Positions 9,775 through 20,792 are shown, counted from the first letter of the stretch. The stretch is 64,000 nt of DNA from an uncultured Nitrospiraceae bacterium (GCA_963730935.1 CAVSTP010000004.1:256001-320000); one strand, 5' to 3'. Notes: generated by a model from the sequence alone, not told the origin. Made by a program: numbers and translations.

Positions 9775-11943
9775 TTACTTGACGACCATGATCTCCACCT
9801 GGCCGTCCCGGCGGGTCACGGCCAGACCGACATCCTCATGATGGCGGTCGAGAACAAGATCGACAAGGGCATCTCCGATCGCGATGTTGCGGATTTCCAC
9901 TTGTTCTAGAAATGGAGGGAGAACCGGACGGACAAAGCTCAAGCGGCGGCAGGGGGCGTCGATCCGCAGGCCAAGACAGGACTGCAGCAGTAGAAACCCA
10001 GCGGCGGAGGCCCAGGCTTGCGGAGCACAGGCGTTCGGGTAACGAGTCGGGCTCTCGCCCGGTCGCCTTGGGAATCCGCAGAACAATTCGGGCAACCGGC
10101 GGAGTTCGAGAAACAAGCTTGCGTCGAACAGCCCTGTGAGGATCTTCACCGTGCCCTGTTTGTAGCCACAGTGGGCCATACCGGCCGCAATCAACGCATT
10201 ATCGTGTGGCCAGACGGACCCGTTGTGGTACGACATCGGATTGTATCGCGCCTCCGATGTCGGGATCGTCCGGATGCCCCAGCCGCTGAAGGAATCTTCG
10301 GCCAAGAGCGTCCGAGCCGTCATCAGAGCACGGTCGGGTCCTGCGATGCCGGCCAGCAGACAATGGCCGGCGTTTGAAGAGCGAACGCGACAGGGGTGTC
10401 CGTCACCATCTAATGCCAACGCATAGGTTTGGATCTCTTCGCACCAGAAATCCCGTTCGAACCGCTCCCGGAGCGAGTCGGCCTCGGCGACCAGTCTTTC
10501 CGCCTGGTCGGCAACTCCGACCAGACGCGCCAAGTCGGCTGCCGCTCTTTTGGCGTTGTAGACGTAAGCCTGAACCTCGCAGAGTGCGATCGGTCCGCGT
10601 GCGGCTGTGCCATCCGCGTGAAACACGGCATCATGAGAATCCTTCCAGCCCTGGTGCACGAGTCCGTTGGAGGACTGCCGGTCGTAAGTGACGAAGCCGG
10701 TTCCTGTCGGATCGCCGTAGTGATCGATCCAGTGCAGCGCACGCTGGATGTTCGGCCAGATCGCCGTGATGAACTCAAGATCGCCGGTTCGCACATAATA
10801 GGCATCGGCGAGCATGATGAAGAGAGGCGTGGCGTCCACGCTGCCATAGTAGCTCCCAAAAGGGATTTCCCCCAGCGCGGCCATTTCGCCACGGCGGGTT
10901 TCGTGGAGAATCTTGCCGACTTCGGCGTCTCGTTCGGGAATATTTTTGGTCGCCTGGGTGGAGGCGAGGAACCCGAGCACGCCCCGAGCCACACGCGGAT
11001 TGACCCAGAGCATCTCCAGCGCGGTAATGAGGCCATCGCGTCCGAAGGGGGTGCTGAACCAGGGTACGCCTGCATACGGGTAAGGTCCCTTCGGAGTCTC
11101 GGAAATTAACATATCGAGATCCGCGACGGACCGATTAAGCCAATCGTTAAAATGCTCATTGGAGGTATAGATGTGGCAATCCCGCGCCCTAGCAGCTTTC
11201 AGCGCGCAATCCGATTCGGTGCGAGCCTGATCATAGGAAAGAAACACCTGTGAATGCCGGGGCTCGATCTCGCAGACGGTGGCCAATTCCCACGAGACAT
11301 TGCTGCGTGGCGCCACGAAGGATTCGAGTATCAGTCCTCCGACCGCCACTTGGTCCGGGGTTGGCCAGCAACGGACATGGGTCCGGCGAACAACGTGATC
11401 GAGTCCTTCGTAGCCCAGCACGAGTCCCTCGCCGGAGTAGAGCGTCTGCTGCCGTTGACCGCGGCGATCCCGCTGCTGGCCCCTCGCCTCGAACAGGTCA
11501 GCATAATCGGCGTCCACAGCAATCCTGATCGTCAGAGGGAACTCCGAGTTTCCGTAATTGTGAATGCGGATGCGCTCGTGGCACGTTCCATTCCAGAGAA
11601 ACCTTGTGCGGCAGAGATGGATAGTTCCTCGTGGCACGAGTTCCTGTCTATCGGAAGTCAGATCCGGATTGGTGAGGTCGACCGTGAGGAGCGCGTTATC
11701 TTCCTTGACCGACATACTGAGGAGAAGGGGCCTGTGTGTTCCGAGCGTGAGCTCAAACTGAGAAAGAAAACGCGTGCCCTCATGATAGAGCCCCTGCGGG
11801 CCCGGCATGACCTGGTGGATGTCACCGTAGCGATCGAAGACGGCGAATGTTTCTCCGTGCTTCAACACTTCCACGCGGTTTTCGGCCAGCGACGAAGACG
11901 CGAGGATGTAGAACTGATCGTTCCAGCGGATGACATCACTCAC
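9775..11943 (-). CDS. Amylo-alpha-1,6-glucosidase / glycogen debranching enzyme family protein
   Basis: PYAGVPWFSTPFGRD, QGWKDS, YHNGSVWPHDN motifs; GTG start overlaps the MFS stop (GTGA). Confidence 0.92.
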   Translation of the reverse strand: MSDVIRWNDQFYILASSSLAENRVEVLKHGETFAVFDRYGDIHQVMPGPQGLYHEGTRFLSQFELTLGTHRPLLLSMSVKEDNALLTVDLTNPDLTSDRQELVPRGTIHLCRTRFLWNGTCHERIRIHNYGNSEFPLTIRIAVDADYADLFEARGQQRDRRGQRQQTLYSGEGLVLGYEGLDHVVRRTHVRCWPTPDQVAVGGLILESFVAPRSNVSWELATVCEIEPRHSQVFLSYDQARTESDCALKAARARDCHIYTSNEHFNDWLNRSVADLDMLISETPKGPYPYAGVPWFSTPFGRDGLITALEMLWVNPRVARGVLGFLASTQATKNIPERDAEVGKILHETRRGEMAALGEIPFGSYYGSVDATPLFIMLADAYYVRTGDLEFITAIWPNIQRALHWIDHYGDPTGTGFVTYDRQSSNGLVHQGWKDSHDAVFHADGTAARGPIALCEVQAYVYNAKRAAADLARLVGVADQAERLVAEADSLRERFERDFWCEEIQTYALALDGDGHPCRVRSSNAGHCLLAGIAGPDRALMTARTLLAEDSFSGWGIRTIPTSEARYNPMSYHNGSVWPHDNALIAAGMAHCGYKQGTVKILTGLFDASLFLELRRLPELFCGFPRRPGESPTRYPNACAPQAWASAAGFLLLQSCLGLRIDAPCRRLSFVRPVLPPFLEQVEIRNIAIGDALVDLVLDRHHEDVGLAVTRRDGQVEIMVVK

Positions 11944-13247
11944 GAACGGCTCTCCCTTAGTGCCGGGGCACAGGCGCGGCTCATCCTCAGGGCCACCAGC
12001 GCGGTGATGAACATCACGACCCCGATCCCGAGCAGACCGGGTCCGGGACCATAGTGCTCGGTAATCCAACCGAACGAAGAGATACCGGCGATCGCGGAGG
12101 TCATGGCGCCGGTTCCATACAGTCCCAGTACCCTACCGATCAGATGCCCAGGCGTCACTTCCTGGATGATCCCCCACGCAATCGGCGTGAAGGCTCCCAT
12201 ACCGCCACCGATCAAGCCCATCAGGATGCCCGCCTGATAGGGATGGGGCGTCCAGGCTAAGGCGCAGACGGCAGCGCCACTGAGCAGGCTGGTACTGAAG
12301 ATCAGTCTGCTGCGGTCTTTGACGGTCCAGCCGGACGCCCACAGGAGCCCGATTGACGTGAGCAGTAATCCGCCCCCTAATGCCGACCACAGATAGCCGA
12401 TCTCCACAGGACCCAGGTCGAGCAACTTTCTGGCGAAGACTGGAAAGAGCGATGTCAGCGCGGCGGTGCCGAACGTATACAGTGCCGCGGTGCCGGTCAA
12501 GAGCAGGATGACGGGACGGTGTACCACACTATAGTGAAATCCTTCAATTAGATCTCGCATCAGCGTCGAGCGGGGAGCTTTTGAGATCACAGTTATCTTG
12601 GAATCGGTGAAGCACGTCAGCGAGAGGCAGAGGGCTGATACGAGGTAGGTGCCGGCGTTGAGGCACAGCACTTCCTGGGACCCGTAGGCGGCGATGCCCA
12701 ATCCGCTCAGCGCCGGACCGAGGATTATCCCCAGACTCGTGGTGCTTTGGAGGAGCGCATTGGCCGCGGTAAACTGGGTCTTCGGAACAATGGCCGGTAT
12801 CGCCGCGGTCAGCGCAGGCCCAAATACCGCGGTGGCGATGGCATGGAGCAGGACGAGGACGTACAGCATGGACACGGTAAACGAATCTACCGCGACCATG
12901 CACGGGACAAAGCCTATCAGCACTGCCCGAAGCACGTCACTGATGATCAGCAGGTATTTCTTGGGCAAGCGGTCAACGTAGACTCCGATGAGTGGGCCAA
13001 GGATAATCGGTGGAATCGTTTGCAGTAATCCGATGATCGATGTCTTTAGCGCCGAACCGGTGATGGCGTAAACGAACCAGAGAAGCGCCAGCCGGGAGAT
13101 GCCGTCGCCGATCTGCGAAATGAGTTGGCCGGACCATACCAGCCCGAAATTGCGGGTGAGCAGCAAAGGGCGATTCCCGGTCGCGAGGAGATCGACTTCC
13201 GAGGCCGCGGGAAGATGACACGCGGAGGGAATGGACCGGCCCTGCAT
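11940..13247 (-). CDS. MFS transporter (DHA3/MFS_3-like)
   Basis: About 12 TM; GQLISQIGD, GVYVDRLPKK motif A. Confidence 0.9.
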   Translation of the reverse strand: MQGRSIPSACHLPAASEVDLLATGNRPLLLTRNFGLVWSGQLISQIGDGISRLALLWFVYAITGSALKTSIIGLLQTIPPIILGPLIGVYVDRLPKKYLLIISDVLRAVLIGFVPCMVAVDSFTVSMLYVLVLLHAIATAVFGPALTAAIPAIVPKTQFTAANALLQSTTSLGIILGPALSGLGIAAYGSQEVLCLNAGTYLVSALCLSLTCFTDSKITVISKAPRSTLMRDLIEGFHYSVVHRPVILLLTGTAALYTFGTAALTSLFPVFARKLLDLGPVEIGYLWSALGGGLLLTSIGLLWASGWTVKDRSRLIFSTSLLSGAAVCALAWTPHPYQAGILMGLIGGGMGAFTPIAWGIIQEVTPGHLIGRVLGLYGTGAMTSAIAGISSFGWITEHYGPGPGLLGIGVVMFITALVALRMSRACAPALRESRS

Positions 13248-13996
13248 CAGCTCTCGCCCCCAAGGCGAACCCGGTCGGTCTTAACGGCTTTGACACCCGG
13301 CACCAAGCGGGCGGCTTCCGCCGCTTCAAGGGCCAGGACCTGGAATCGCACAGCCCCGCTGATCGAAACCACACCCTCTTCGGTCTTCACCTCGAAGTTT
13401 GCGGCCTTCAACGTGGCGCTCTTGGCAAACCGATCCTTGACGAGAGTACTAATGATCTCGTCCTGCTTCTTGCCCAGTACCTGCAGCAGACCCTTGTCCA
13501 CCTCCAGTTTGCTGACGACTGTTTTTGCGTCAGACACCGATCGTGCGATCTCGGTTGCAGCCATCTTTTCCTCCTCACTCGAGACGCGCCCTCCCAGCGT
13601 GATGTTCTGCCCATCCTCCCCAACTTCGATTTCATAACGGAACAAGCGCGCATCAGCGAACAGTGCGAGCTTGACCGTCAGTATCAATGAACCCAATGGT
13701 TTCTTGCGGATCTCTTTCTCTTTTCCCTTCTCCTGGGCCTCGCGTTCGGGTGACACCTCTAATATCGTGGGCGGCGCGCTCTGAGGCAAGGATCTGGGTT
13801 CAGTCGAAAGCTTCGGCGGCTCCGGCTTCGCGGTCGTGATGTCCGGTGGTTGCACCGGTTCGCTCGAAGGCTTCGGCAATGCCGGCGGACTCTCGGGAGC
13901 CTGGGCCTGCTCCGGGAGCGCCCTTTCGGCTGAAAGGGGGAACAGGCAAATCACCAACATCGTGGCACAGAGCAGGAGCCGACAATATGGCGTCAT
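13247..13996 (-). CDS. Periplasmic dual BON-domain protein with Pro-rich N-terminus
   Basis: Signal peptide; two BON repeats (ITLGGRV...AEIARSV; GVVSISGAV...ARLVPGVKAV). Confidence 0.85.
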   Translation of the reverse strand: MTPYCRLLLCATMLVICLFPLSAERALPEQAQAPESPPALPKPSSEPVQPPDITTAKPEPPKLSTEPRSLPQSAPPTILEVSPEREAQEKGKEKEIRKKPLGSLILTVKLALFADARLFRYEIEVGEDGQNITLGGRVSSEEEKMAATEIARSVSDAKTVVSKLEVDKGLLQVLGKKQDEIISTLVKDRFAKSATLKAANFEVKTEEGVVSISGAVRFQVLALEAAEAARLVPGVKAVKTDRVRLGGES

Positions 13997-14057
13997 GCGG
14001 GAGCCCTCACTATGACCCGGCAATCTTGGCGGGTGGCTGCCATCGGCATTCAAGAAG

Positions 14058-15407
14058 TCAAGGCAGTGCCAGCGTGGATCGCGAAGCGGCTACGATCGTC
14101 GGAGGAGCGAACGCTTCTGGTTCGGTTGTAGGGAGACCGTCCATTTGCGACCTGTACCAGCCAAGCGTACCCACTGCGGCCGCGGTTATCAACAGAATGA
14201 AGCTAATCCCTCCGAGACTAACCCACGGCCCCAGCATGTCGGTGGCCCATCCAAACCCCGCCATTCCCGCCATTGAGGTGGCCATCCCGCCCGTCGCGAA
14301 GCTGGTGAAGACACGGCCGAGCAGGGGAGGCGGCGTCAACTCCTGCAGCATTGACCAGACCAACGGCGTGAACATCGCGGTGCTGGCTCCGATCACGAAG
14401 ATCGCGACGCCAACTGCTAGAGGAGCCTCCAAAAATTCAAGTGTGCCGACGGCGAGCCCGCCCACCGCCAGCGCAACGGAGATGAGGTGCATTCGGCGAG
14501 GGAGGTTGCCCTGAGCGATCGACGCAAGGCCGAAGGAGGCGGTCAGCATACCCACACCGAGCGCGGACCAAAGCCACCCCAGTTGGATCGGGCCAACGGC
14601 GAGCACGTCCTTTGCGAACACCGGCAGCAAAAATACGAACGCACTGATCCCACCGCTGTACAGAGTGGCAGTCAGCATCAACATCAGGACGGTCTTCTGT
14701 TCGACGAACACAAACCGGAACCCTGCGAGTAGATCGGAGGCAACGCCCTCAGTCCAGCCTTTGCCGCTGAGGTTAGCTTGAAGCGTTTCAGGGATCCGTA
14801 TGGGCACCAGGCAGAGGGCTGAAACGAAAAAGGTCGCGGCATCCACATAGAGCACGTTTTGGGCCCCGATCAGTGCAATGCCGATCCCGCTCACCGCGGG
14901 ACCGACAAGCAAGCCGATATTGGCGGTGGATTGCATCAAGGCGTTGGCAGCGACGAGCCGATCCTTGGAGGTGATCAGCGGAACCGCTGAGGCCAGGGCC
15001 GGGCCGAAGACGGTGGAGACCACGGCATTGGCAAACACCAGCAGGTACACACGATCCAGGGTGAGAGCTTCCACCAAGTAGAGTAACGGAATGAGCAGTA
15101 TCATCACGGTCCGCAGCAGGTCGACGGTGATCATGACCGGTTTCTTGCGGAACCGATCCAGATAGACTCCGATCAGCGGACCCAAGAGCAGAGGAGGAAG
15201 GGTCTGCAGTAGTCCAATCACCGTCATCTTGAGGGCCGACCCAGTCATTTCATAGACAAACCAGAGCAGCGCCACTTTGTTCAGGCTGTCGCCGATCTGT
15301 GAGATCGTTTGTCCGGCGAATAGGAGACCGAAGTCCCTCGTCTTCAACAACTCCCACCCTCGGGAACCGGTCTGTGTTTTTTCGTGCGGGGTCCGACAGT
15401 CAGGCAT
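14058..15407 (-). CDS. MFS transporter (paralog of 11940-13247)
   Basis: GQTISQIGD, GVYLDRFRKK; shared TGSALK and ANAL.QST motifs. Confidence 0.9.
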   Translation of the reverse strand: MPDCRTPHEKTQTGSRGWELLKTRDFGLLFAGQTISQIGDSLNKVALLWFVYEMTGSALKMTVIGLLQTLPPLLLGPLIGVYLDRFRKKPVMITVDLLRTVMILLIPLLYLVEALTLDRVYLLVFANAVVSTVFGPALASAVPLITSKDRLVAANALMQSTANIGLLVGPAVSGIGIALIGAQNVLYVDAATFFVSALCLVPIRIPETLQANLSGKGWTEGVASDLLAGFRFVFVEQKTVLMLMLTATLYSGGISAFVFLLPVFAKDVLAVGPIQLGWLWSALGVGMLTASFGLASIAQGNLPRRMHLISVALAVGGLAVGTLEFLEAPLAVGVAIFVIGASTAMFTPLVWSMLQELTPPPLLGRVFTSFATGGMATSMAGMAGFGWATDMLGPWVSLGGISFILLITAAAVGTLGWYRSQMDGLPTTEPEAFAPPTIVAASRSTLALP

Positions 15408-16542
15408 GGGGTCCTCGCACCACGTGCAGCGGCCTGTCCTGCGAGTGCCCGTTGGAGGCTCCTTCGAACAGCAAGCCGGATCCGAGAGAGTGGATCTTCG
15501 GGGTTGTCACGGCGACTCGATCTTCGATGATCCGTTCATAGAGGGCGACGTAGTCACGGGCCATCCGGTCCGCGGTAAACCTCTCTTCGAATGAGGCACG
15601 GCAACGCGAGCGGTCGATTTCACCAAGCCGTTCCACAGCACCGACCATTTCCGATAGATTTTCACACACAAAACCGGTGATGCCGTCTTCGATGACTTCC
15701 GGGATGGACCCACGTCGGTACGCCAATACGGGTGTCCCACAGGCGAGGGCTTCGATGAGGACCAGACCAAACGGCTCAGGCCAATCGTAGGGGCAGACTA
15801 AGGCAAGAGCGTTGCCCACGAAGTCGTTTTTTTCTGCGTCCGAGATTTCCCCGATGAATTCGATCAGCGGATGGTCGAGCAGGGGCTCGATCTCAGACCG
15901 GTAATACTGAAGATCCGCCGGGTCAACCTTGGCCGCAATGCGGAGTGGAAGTCCGGTCCGCTTGGCCACCTCAATTGCGTGGTCAGGCCGTTTCTCAGGA
16001 GAAATTCGTCCCAGGAATGCCAGGTAGCCTTGGGATTGTGAATGATGGGTATAGAGATGTCGGGGAAGCCCGTGATGGATGGTCGCGTGCCAGTTCGCCC
16101 AGCGAAGCGGCCGACGCTGGGCGTCAGAGATCGACACCAGCGGCATCTCAGCAAATTCCTGAAAGACCGGCTGCAATTCCGGCAGATCCAGTCGCCCGTG
16201 AAGGGTGGTCACAACCGGCTGAGGATTTCTCCGTGCCAAAGGAAACCCGAGAAAGTCCAGGTGCGAGTGGATTACGTCGAAATCGCCGCTTGCTCCGAGA
16301 GAGCGTTCCTGCAGCATGATCATCGGGGCGTCGCGATTGAAGATGCCGGTATTGAGGCGCAGCGCCTGAGGACACACCGCTTCAAGGCGTCCGGCGGTTT
16401 CAGAATCCCCGCTGGCGAAGAGGGTGACGTCATGTCCCATCTGCACCAGTTCTTCGGTGATGTAGGAGACGATCCGTTCAGTGCCCCCGTACAGCTTGGG
16501 GGGCACACTTTCCCATAAGGGAGCCACTTGTGCAATTTTCAT
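15400..16542 (-). CDS. GT4 glycosyltransferase
   Basis: MKIAQVAP...YGGTERIV; EPFGLVLIEALACGTPV (EX7E motif). Confidence 0.93.
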   Translation of the reverse strand: MKIAQVAPLWESVPPKLYGGTERIVSYITEELVQMGHDVTLFASGDSETAGRLEAVCPQALRLNTGIFNRDAPMIMLQERSLGASGDFDVIHSHLDFLGFPLARRNPQPVVTTLHGRLDLPELQPVFQEFAEMPLVSISDAQRRPLRWANWHATIHHGLPRHLYTHHSQSQGYLAFLGRISPEKRPDHAIEVAKRTGLPLRIAAKVDPADLQYYRSEIEPLLDHPLIEFIGEISDAEKNDFVGNALALVCPYDWPEPFGLVLIEALACGTPVLAYRRGSIPEVIEDGITGFVCENLSEMVGAVERLGEIDRSRCRASFEERFTADRMARDYVALYERIIEDRVAVTTPKIHSLGSGLLFEGASNGHSQDRPLHVVRGPHA

Positions 16543-16808
16543 GAGTTCTTCCTTTCAGAGAAGATGTTGAATGTGAACGAGAAAGAGTGAATGATCGCGC
16601 ATCAAGTATCCCTGATGCCGACCAACAGACCTTGATCGTGGTAGACCGAAGGAGCGTGGCGCGATCCTTGTGCGCGCCAAGCAACTGAGGAGGGCCAAAC
16701 CCATACCAACCTGTCGTATCACCGCACGGAGCTGCCCACCATCTTCACAATCCGGTTAATTATAAACATGCCCGATGTCCGCATCGCCTATGCACGCATC
16801 GTTCTCGG

Positions 16809-17162
16809 CTAAGTGACCGTCCAAGTGGGGTGACGAAGAAGGGGATATCCAATGGCTACATCAATTAGGGCGGATACCCCTGGACCCGCAACGAGAGCGG
16901 ATTCTCGACTGGACCGAATACCTAATGGAATGATAGACGCGCACGGCGTCGACCGCGGAAGGCCGGTTATCAACCCACTCGTCAAACTCTTTGGATGTAT
17001 ACGAGACCATACAGACTTTTTGAATCGGACAGAATACCTAAAGAAATAAACGAGGGCAGTCGCAACAACGCCGAGCTGGTCAAGGCCTCGGTCGACGACC
17101 TCTCTATAGATGTATGAGAAACCATACAATCCTACAGCGATGAGTTTCTCTATTGCCCACAT
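16809..17162 (-). CDS. Hypothetical protein
   Basis: 117-aa ORF with a hydrophobic N-terminal half; no recognised motif. Confidence 0.3.
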   Translation of the reverse strand: MWAIEKLIAVGLYGFSYIYREVVDRGLDQLGVVATALVYFFRYSVRFKKSVWSRIHPKSLTSGLITGLPRSTPCASIIPLGIRSSRESALVAGPGVSALIDVAIGYPLLRHPTWTVT

Positions 17163-17720
17163 GAAAGAGGCGATAGTTCGAGCCGTAAAGTAATCCTCGT
17201 CCTACCACGCTGCTACTAGAACAGGACAAACGAGCCCCATCTGCACCCACCTCGGGAGCATCCTGTGTGCTTGTTTCATATGGGGATGGGGTTAGATTTT
17301 CTGAGATTGACTTGCACAAATCGCAGGGAAAGGCGGCGGGCGCTTTAGGGATTGAGAGGTACGTCATTGAATTGCAGATTCGCAGACCGTGTGTAAGGCA
17401 TTGATTAGGGCGGGTTTGTACGGTCGATGTGGCTAGAATGTGGCTATTCCCCTTTGCCCTTAAACGGCAGGTATCCGAACTCAAACGTGTCGGATGCCCA
17501 ACGATAGCGCGACGGCTACCACCCACCCCCCATGCCACCCTTGGGAAGGGGTGTCAAATGCCACGCCGTCGACCAGTCAGGTAAAGCGGCATCCACGGCA
17601 GCCTCAATAAAAAGTGCCTGGCCCGCCACGCGCCGCGAAATTTCGAAAGTTGCCGTTGTCTTTTTCTCATGAAGAAAAGGAAAATATCTCCGTTTTCTCT
17701 GGTGACACCTTTTCTGATTC

Positions 17721-17755
17721 CGGAAGCAGGCGCGTTCCATCGGCGCCTGCTTCCG
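17721..17755. terminator. 13-bp perfect stem-loop just downstream of the peroxidase gene
   Basis: CGGAAGCAGGCGC-N9-GCGCCTGCTTCCG; no clear U-tract on the minus strand. Confidence 0.5.
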
Positions 17756-17765
17756 AGAGAGGACT

Positions 17766-19397
17766 TTATTCCAGCGGCGGGACGACGCCGGCAAATTTCA
17801 GGAGATCCGTGATCCGGAAGTCTCCAGGAGTTTCCGACGGCAACACAGGCCTCCAGTTCGGCTGGGAGGCAAGGAAAGATTCCCTATCGGCTCCTAAGAG
17901 TCCGATAAAGACTTCTCCCACAATTCGGCTGCCGACCGGCCCCATTCTCAGGCCATTCTCCAATACCTCCGCTTCTTTGAGGATATAGAACCAAAGTGGC
18001 GTTCTCCGTTCCAAGCCAAATGGCTGCAGATCCTCCAGTTGTTCGGGTGTCAACACAGGGACGCCTAGCACACGCGCGATCATTTGGCCGGACGGTAGTG
18101 CAAAATTGACGTGACGCATCAGATTTCTGGAGGCCAGCGATTGAACACCGTCCGTCGGCATTCCAGGAGCGGGACCACGTGTGCCCAACAGGAACATGAG
18201 AACGCTGGAGAGTTTCGCATCGATTTTTTTGTTCTGCCTCACGTTGCCATCGCCAAAATTGAAGAAGGTTTGCCAATCGATGAATCTCCGGGGGGCCCGT
18301 TTCCCACCGCGCATGTCGGGTGGGTCGGGATTATTGGGATCGATGGAGTCGTCAAAGGCAAAGGCGAAGAACGGCGAGCCTCCAGTCGGACCAAAGTTCA
18401 ACCGATAACTGGGGCGTACCTGTGAATGACCGAATCGATAGGCTGCAACGGAAAACTCGATAGGAATAAGCGGATTGCGGCGAGCGTTACGCAGGGTATG
18501 AGTTGAACTTGGGTCCGCCAGATTGTAGATTCGCTGCCCCTGCTGAAGGATGTCGGTCACCCGCTCCTGGCCGATGGTTAAGGGAAGGAACTCATGGAGG
18601 ACGATCCACTGGTAATGCCATCGGACGAGACGCTGGGCAATCTCAAACAGCCTCTCCGGGCGCATATCGGCATGGGAAGGCTGAGCCCGTAGATGATCCG
18701 TCACCGCATTGTGAAACTTCAGCATGGCCACATGAAACTGACTGATGACCACGTTTTCATCGTTACGGCTGTCACCGATGATCGCTTGGAAGTTTCCGTC
18801 TCGGGGTAGATCGTAGCGGACGGCGCCCTTTCGCGAAACGGCTTCAGAACCGGGTAGGATGTCGACGCGCATTTTAATGACACCACCCTCCCGCTGATAG
18901 AGTTGCGGCGATTCTTGCGGCCCATTGCCGTACACGCTATCCAAATCGAACGCCGCAGTGCGGAAATTCGTCGTTTGGCGCGGCTGGCTGAGTTCCCGTA
19001 ACGGTGATTTGAGGTCCAGCGTCAAGTCGTGATCGATAAATTGACCGAAGAAAGTGACACCCGCTGTCATGTTGGGATTGTCGGGATTGTGCGGACTATT
19101 GACTGCAGGGTTCAGAATCGATTGGATCGGATCTGTCAGCACGTCTTTTGCGTCGAGCAGGCCATCCTTGGCACCCAGTTTGTTCATCCGATCCCGAAGC
19201 TCGTCGGTGGGGTGTGCGAAAGGGGGCAATCCAGGAAACAGACGGGTGAACACGTCGTCAGGGCGTGACGGCCTTTCCGGCTCTCGAACGTCTACGGTTT
19301 GGGCCAACACCGTCGCTGACGTGACCGCGAAGACAATCGCGTGCAGAACAGTGGCCATTGCAATAAATGATAGAGAACAGCGGCAATAGCGTGGCAT
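17766..19397 (-). CDS. Secreted heme peroxidase (peroxidase-cyclooxygenase superfamily)
   Basis: Signal peptide; FGQFIDHD distal motif, DSRNDEN, proximal YRFGHSQV, TPLWFYILKEAE, GPVGSRIVGEVF. Confidence 0.92.
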   Translation of the reverse strand: MPRYCRCSLSFIAMATVLHAIVFAVTSATVLAQTVDVREPERPSRPDDVFTRLFPGLPPFAHPTDELRDRMNKLGAKDGLLDAKDVLTDPIQSILNPAVNSPHNPDNPNMTAGVTFFGQFIDHDLTLDLKSPLRELSQPRQTTNFRTAAFDLDSVYGNGPQESPQLYQREGGVIKMRVDILPGSEAVSRKGAVRYDLPRDGNFQAIIGDSRNDENVVISQFHVAMLKFHNAVTDHLRAQPSHADMRPERLFEIAQRLVRWHYQWIVLHEFLPLTIGQERVTDILQQGQRIYNLADPSSTHTLRNARRNPLIPIEFSVAAYRFGHSQVRPSYRLNFGPTGGSPFFAFAFDDSIDPNNPDPPDMRGGKRAPRRFIDWQTFFNFGDGNVRQNKKIDAKLSSVLMFLLGTRGPAPGMPTDGVQSLASRNLMRHVNFALPSGQMIARVLGVPVLTPEQLEDLQPFGLERRTPLWFYILKEAEVLENGLRMGPVGSRIVGEVFIGLLGADRESFLASQPNWRPVLPSETPGDFRITDLLKFAGVVPPLE

Positions 19398-20119
19398 GTT
19401 GCCTCCTTAAATGTTGAATATGACTGTGAGTGACGGAAAGGAACGGTACGGGGCGGGCTACCCTGGGATGAGAGGACCGGCTTTCTTTAGCAATCTAAGA
19501 AACATGGGCGTCCAGAGGTCAAGAGGTCTGAGACGGGGGAGACAGTCGGCAAGGGTTCCTCCCATGAATGAGTACGCCGGAATCATAAAGACACTGGTAG
19601 AATTTCTATTCAAATTCAATCTGCCCAGAAAAATTTCGAGAGTTGTACAGAGGTTTTCCCAGGATGAGTACTCGGAAAATCCCTGGTTGTTTTTCACATT
19701 TTCACACAATCACTCGTTTGAGCCTCCCTGACCTTATTTCCCTCTTTGCTATTTGGACTGCTTCGCGATCGTTTCGGTTCGGTTCTTCCACCCATCACAT
19801 TGCACATCATTTACAATGCCAGGATATTTTATGCTCACTGGCGGTTCGTCCTTGTTTGAGCATCCGGTTGGGACAATGCGATACCATGGTGGGGCCCCCA
19901 GTCGCTTAGCGCACAACTTCAGCAAATGCCGGACACGCTCGGGCGGCTGCTTTGTCGAGGCTATTCAGCAACGAGAGTCCGACTCTGTGGGTTGCTGTGT
20001 TAGCCCCCCCTGAAACTTGCACGGATTTTTTCGCTTCGCGCGAAAGCAAACCGCCGATTCGTTTTTGGAGTTTATCTTTGAGATTTTGAAATGCGAGGGC
20101 GGGCGGAGTCAGCCTCCGG

Positions 20120-20323
20120 TTACAGTAGGCGGCGTGCACCCATGGCGAGACCATGCAAAGCTGAACGAAATAACCATGAAACATCCGACAGCGCCATCCA
20201 ACACTCCCGCAAGAACACATGAACACAACTTGCAAATATCGCCCAGGAAGTATTGGAGCACCCGACTTCGAACAGGTTACCCTCTGCTGAACGATGTTCA
20301 TTTGGTCGCGTTCTGCCTCGCAT
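20120..20323 (-). CDS. Small hypothetical protein
   Basis: AGGGAG Shine-Dalgarno about 8 nt upstream of the ATG; no motif. Confidence 0.3.
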   Translation of the reverse strand: MRGRTRPNEHRSAEGNLFEVGCSNTSWAIFASCVHVFLRECWMALSDVSWLFRSALHGLAMGARRLL

Positions 20324-20569
20324 AGTTTTTACTCCCTCGCTTTGCTTTTCACTTCCCAGGTAGAGCCTAACGCTGCGGATAGACTAGGGCGAATTGAAGG
20401 CTCCGAGATAGGTCGACCGCTTCTCTCACAGTTGTCGGCGGTCGGGCCTTCCAGGAGCCGTCGGCATCTGGCATGGAGGGAAATTATCCTGGACTCCTAG
20501 TAAAACGGTGTCAAGTGGGGAAAACTGGGGATACAGGCCCGTCCAGGGTGTTTCTCTACCTGGAGACAC

Positions 20570-20790
20570 TTCAATCGCTCGAACCGTCTCACCGAGGCGC
20601 TGCTGGTCCAGCAATTCCATCTATGAATTCCATCCCAAAGTCTTGGCCATCTGACCATCTGATCTCCGCCCGAGATACGTCGAGCGGACGGTCGTACTTG
20701 GGTATGTCAATCAGCACTGCTAGGCAGTCATCATTCTTAACCATGAACGATGTGCGGACTCTGCATCCAGCGATTGAAAGACGTCTCGGT
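20570..20790 (-). pseudogene. Frameshifted, 5'-truncated PilZ gene
   Basis: LSIAGCRVRT...AEIRWSDGQDFGMEFI continues in another frame as MELLDQQRLGETVRAIE; N-terminus replaced by att arm repeats. Confidence 0.75.
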
Positions 20791-20792
20791 GG

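Noticed and set aside
19906..20301. Cys-rich 131-aa ORF as a Zn-finger protein
   Set aside because: Irregular Cys spacing, no clear ribosome-binding site, and it overlaps an alternative ORF with a better one.
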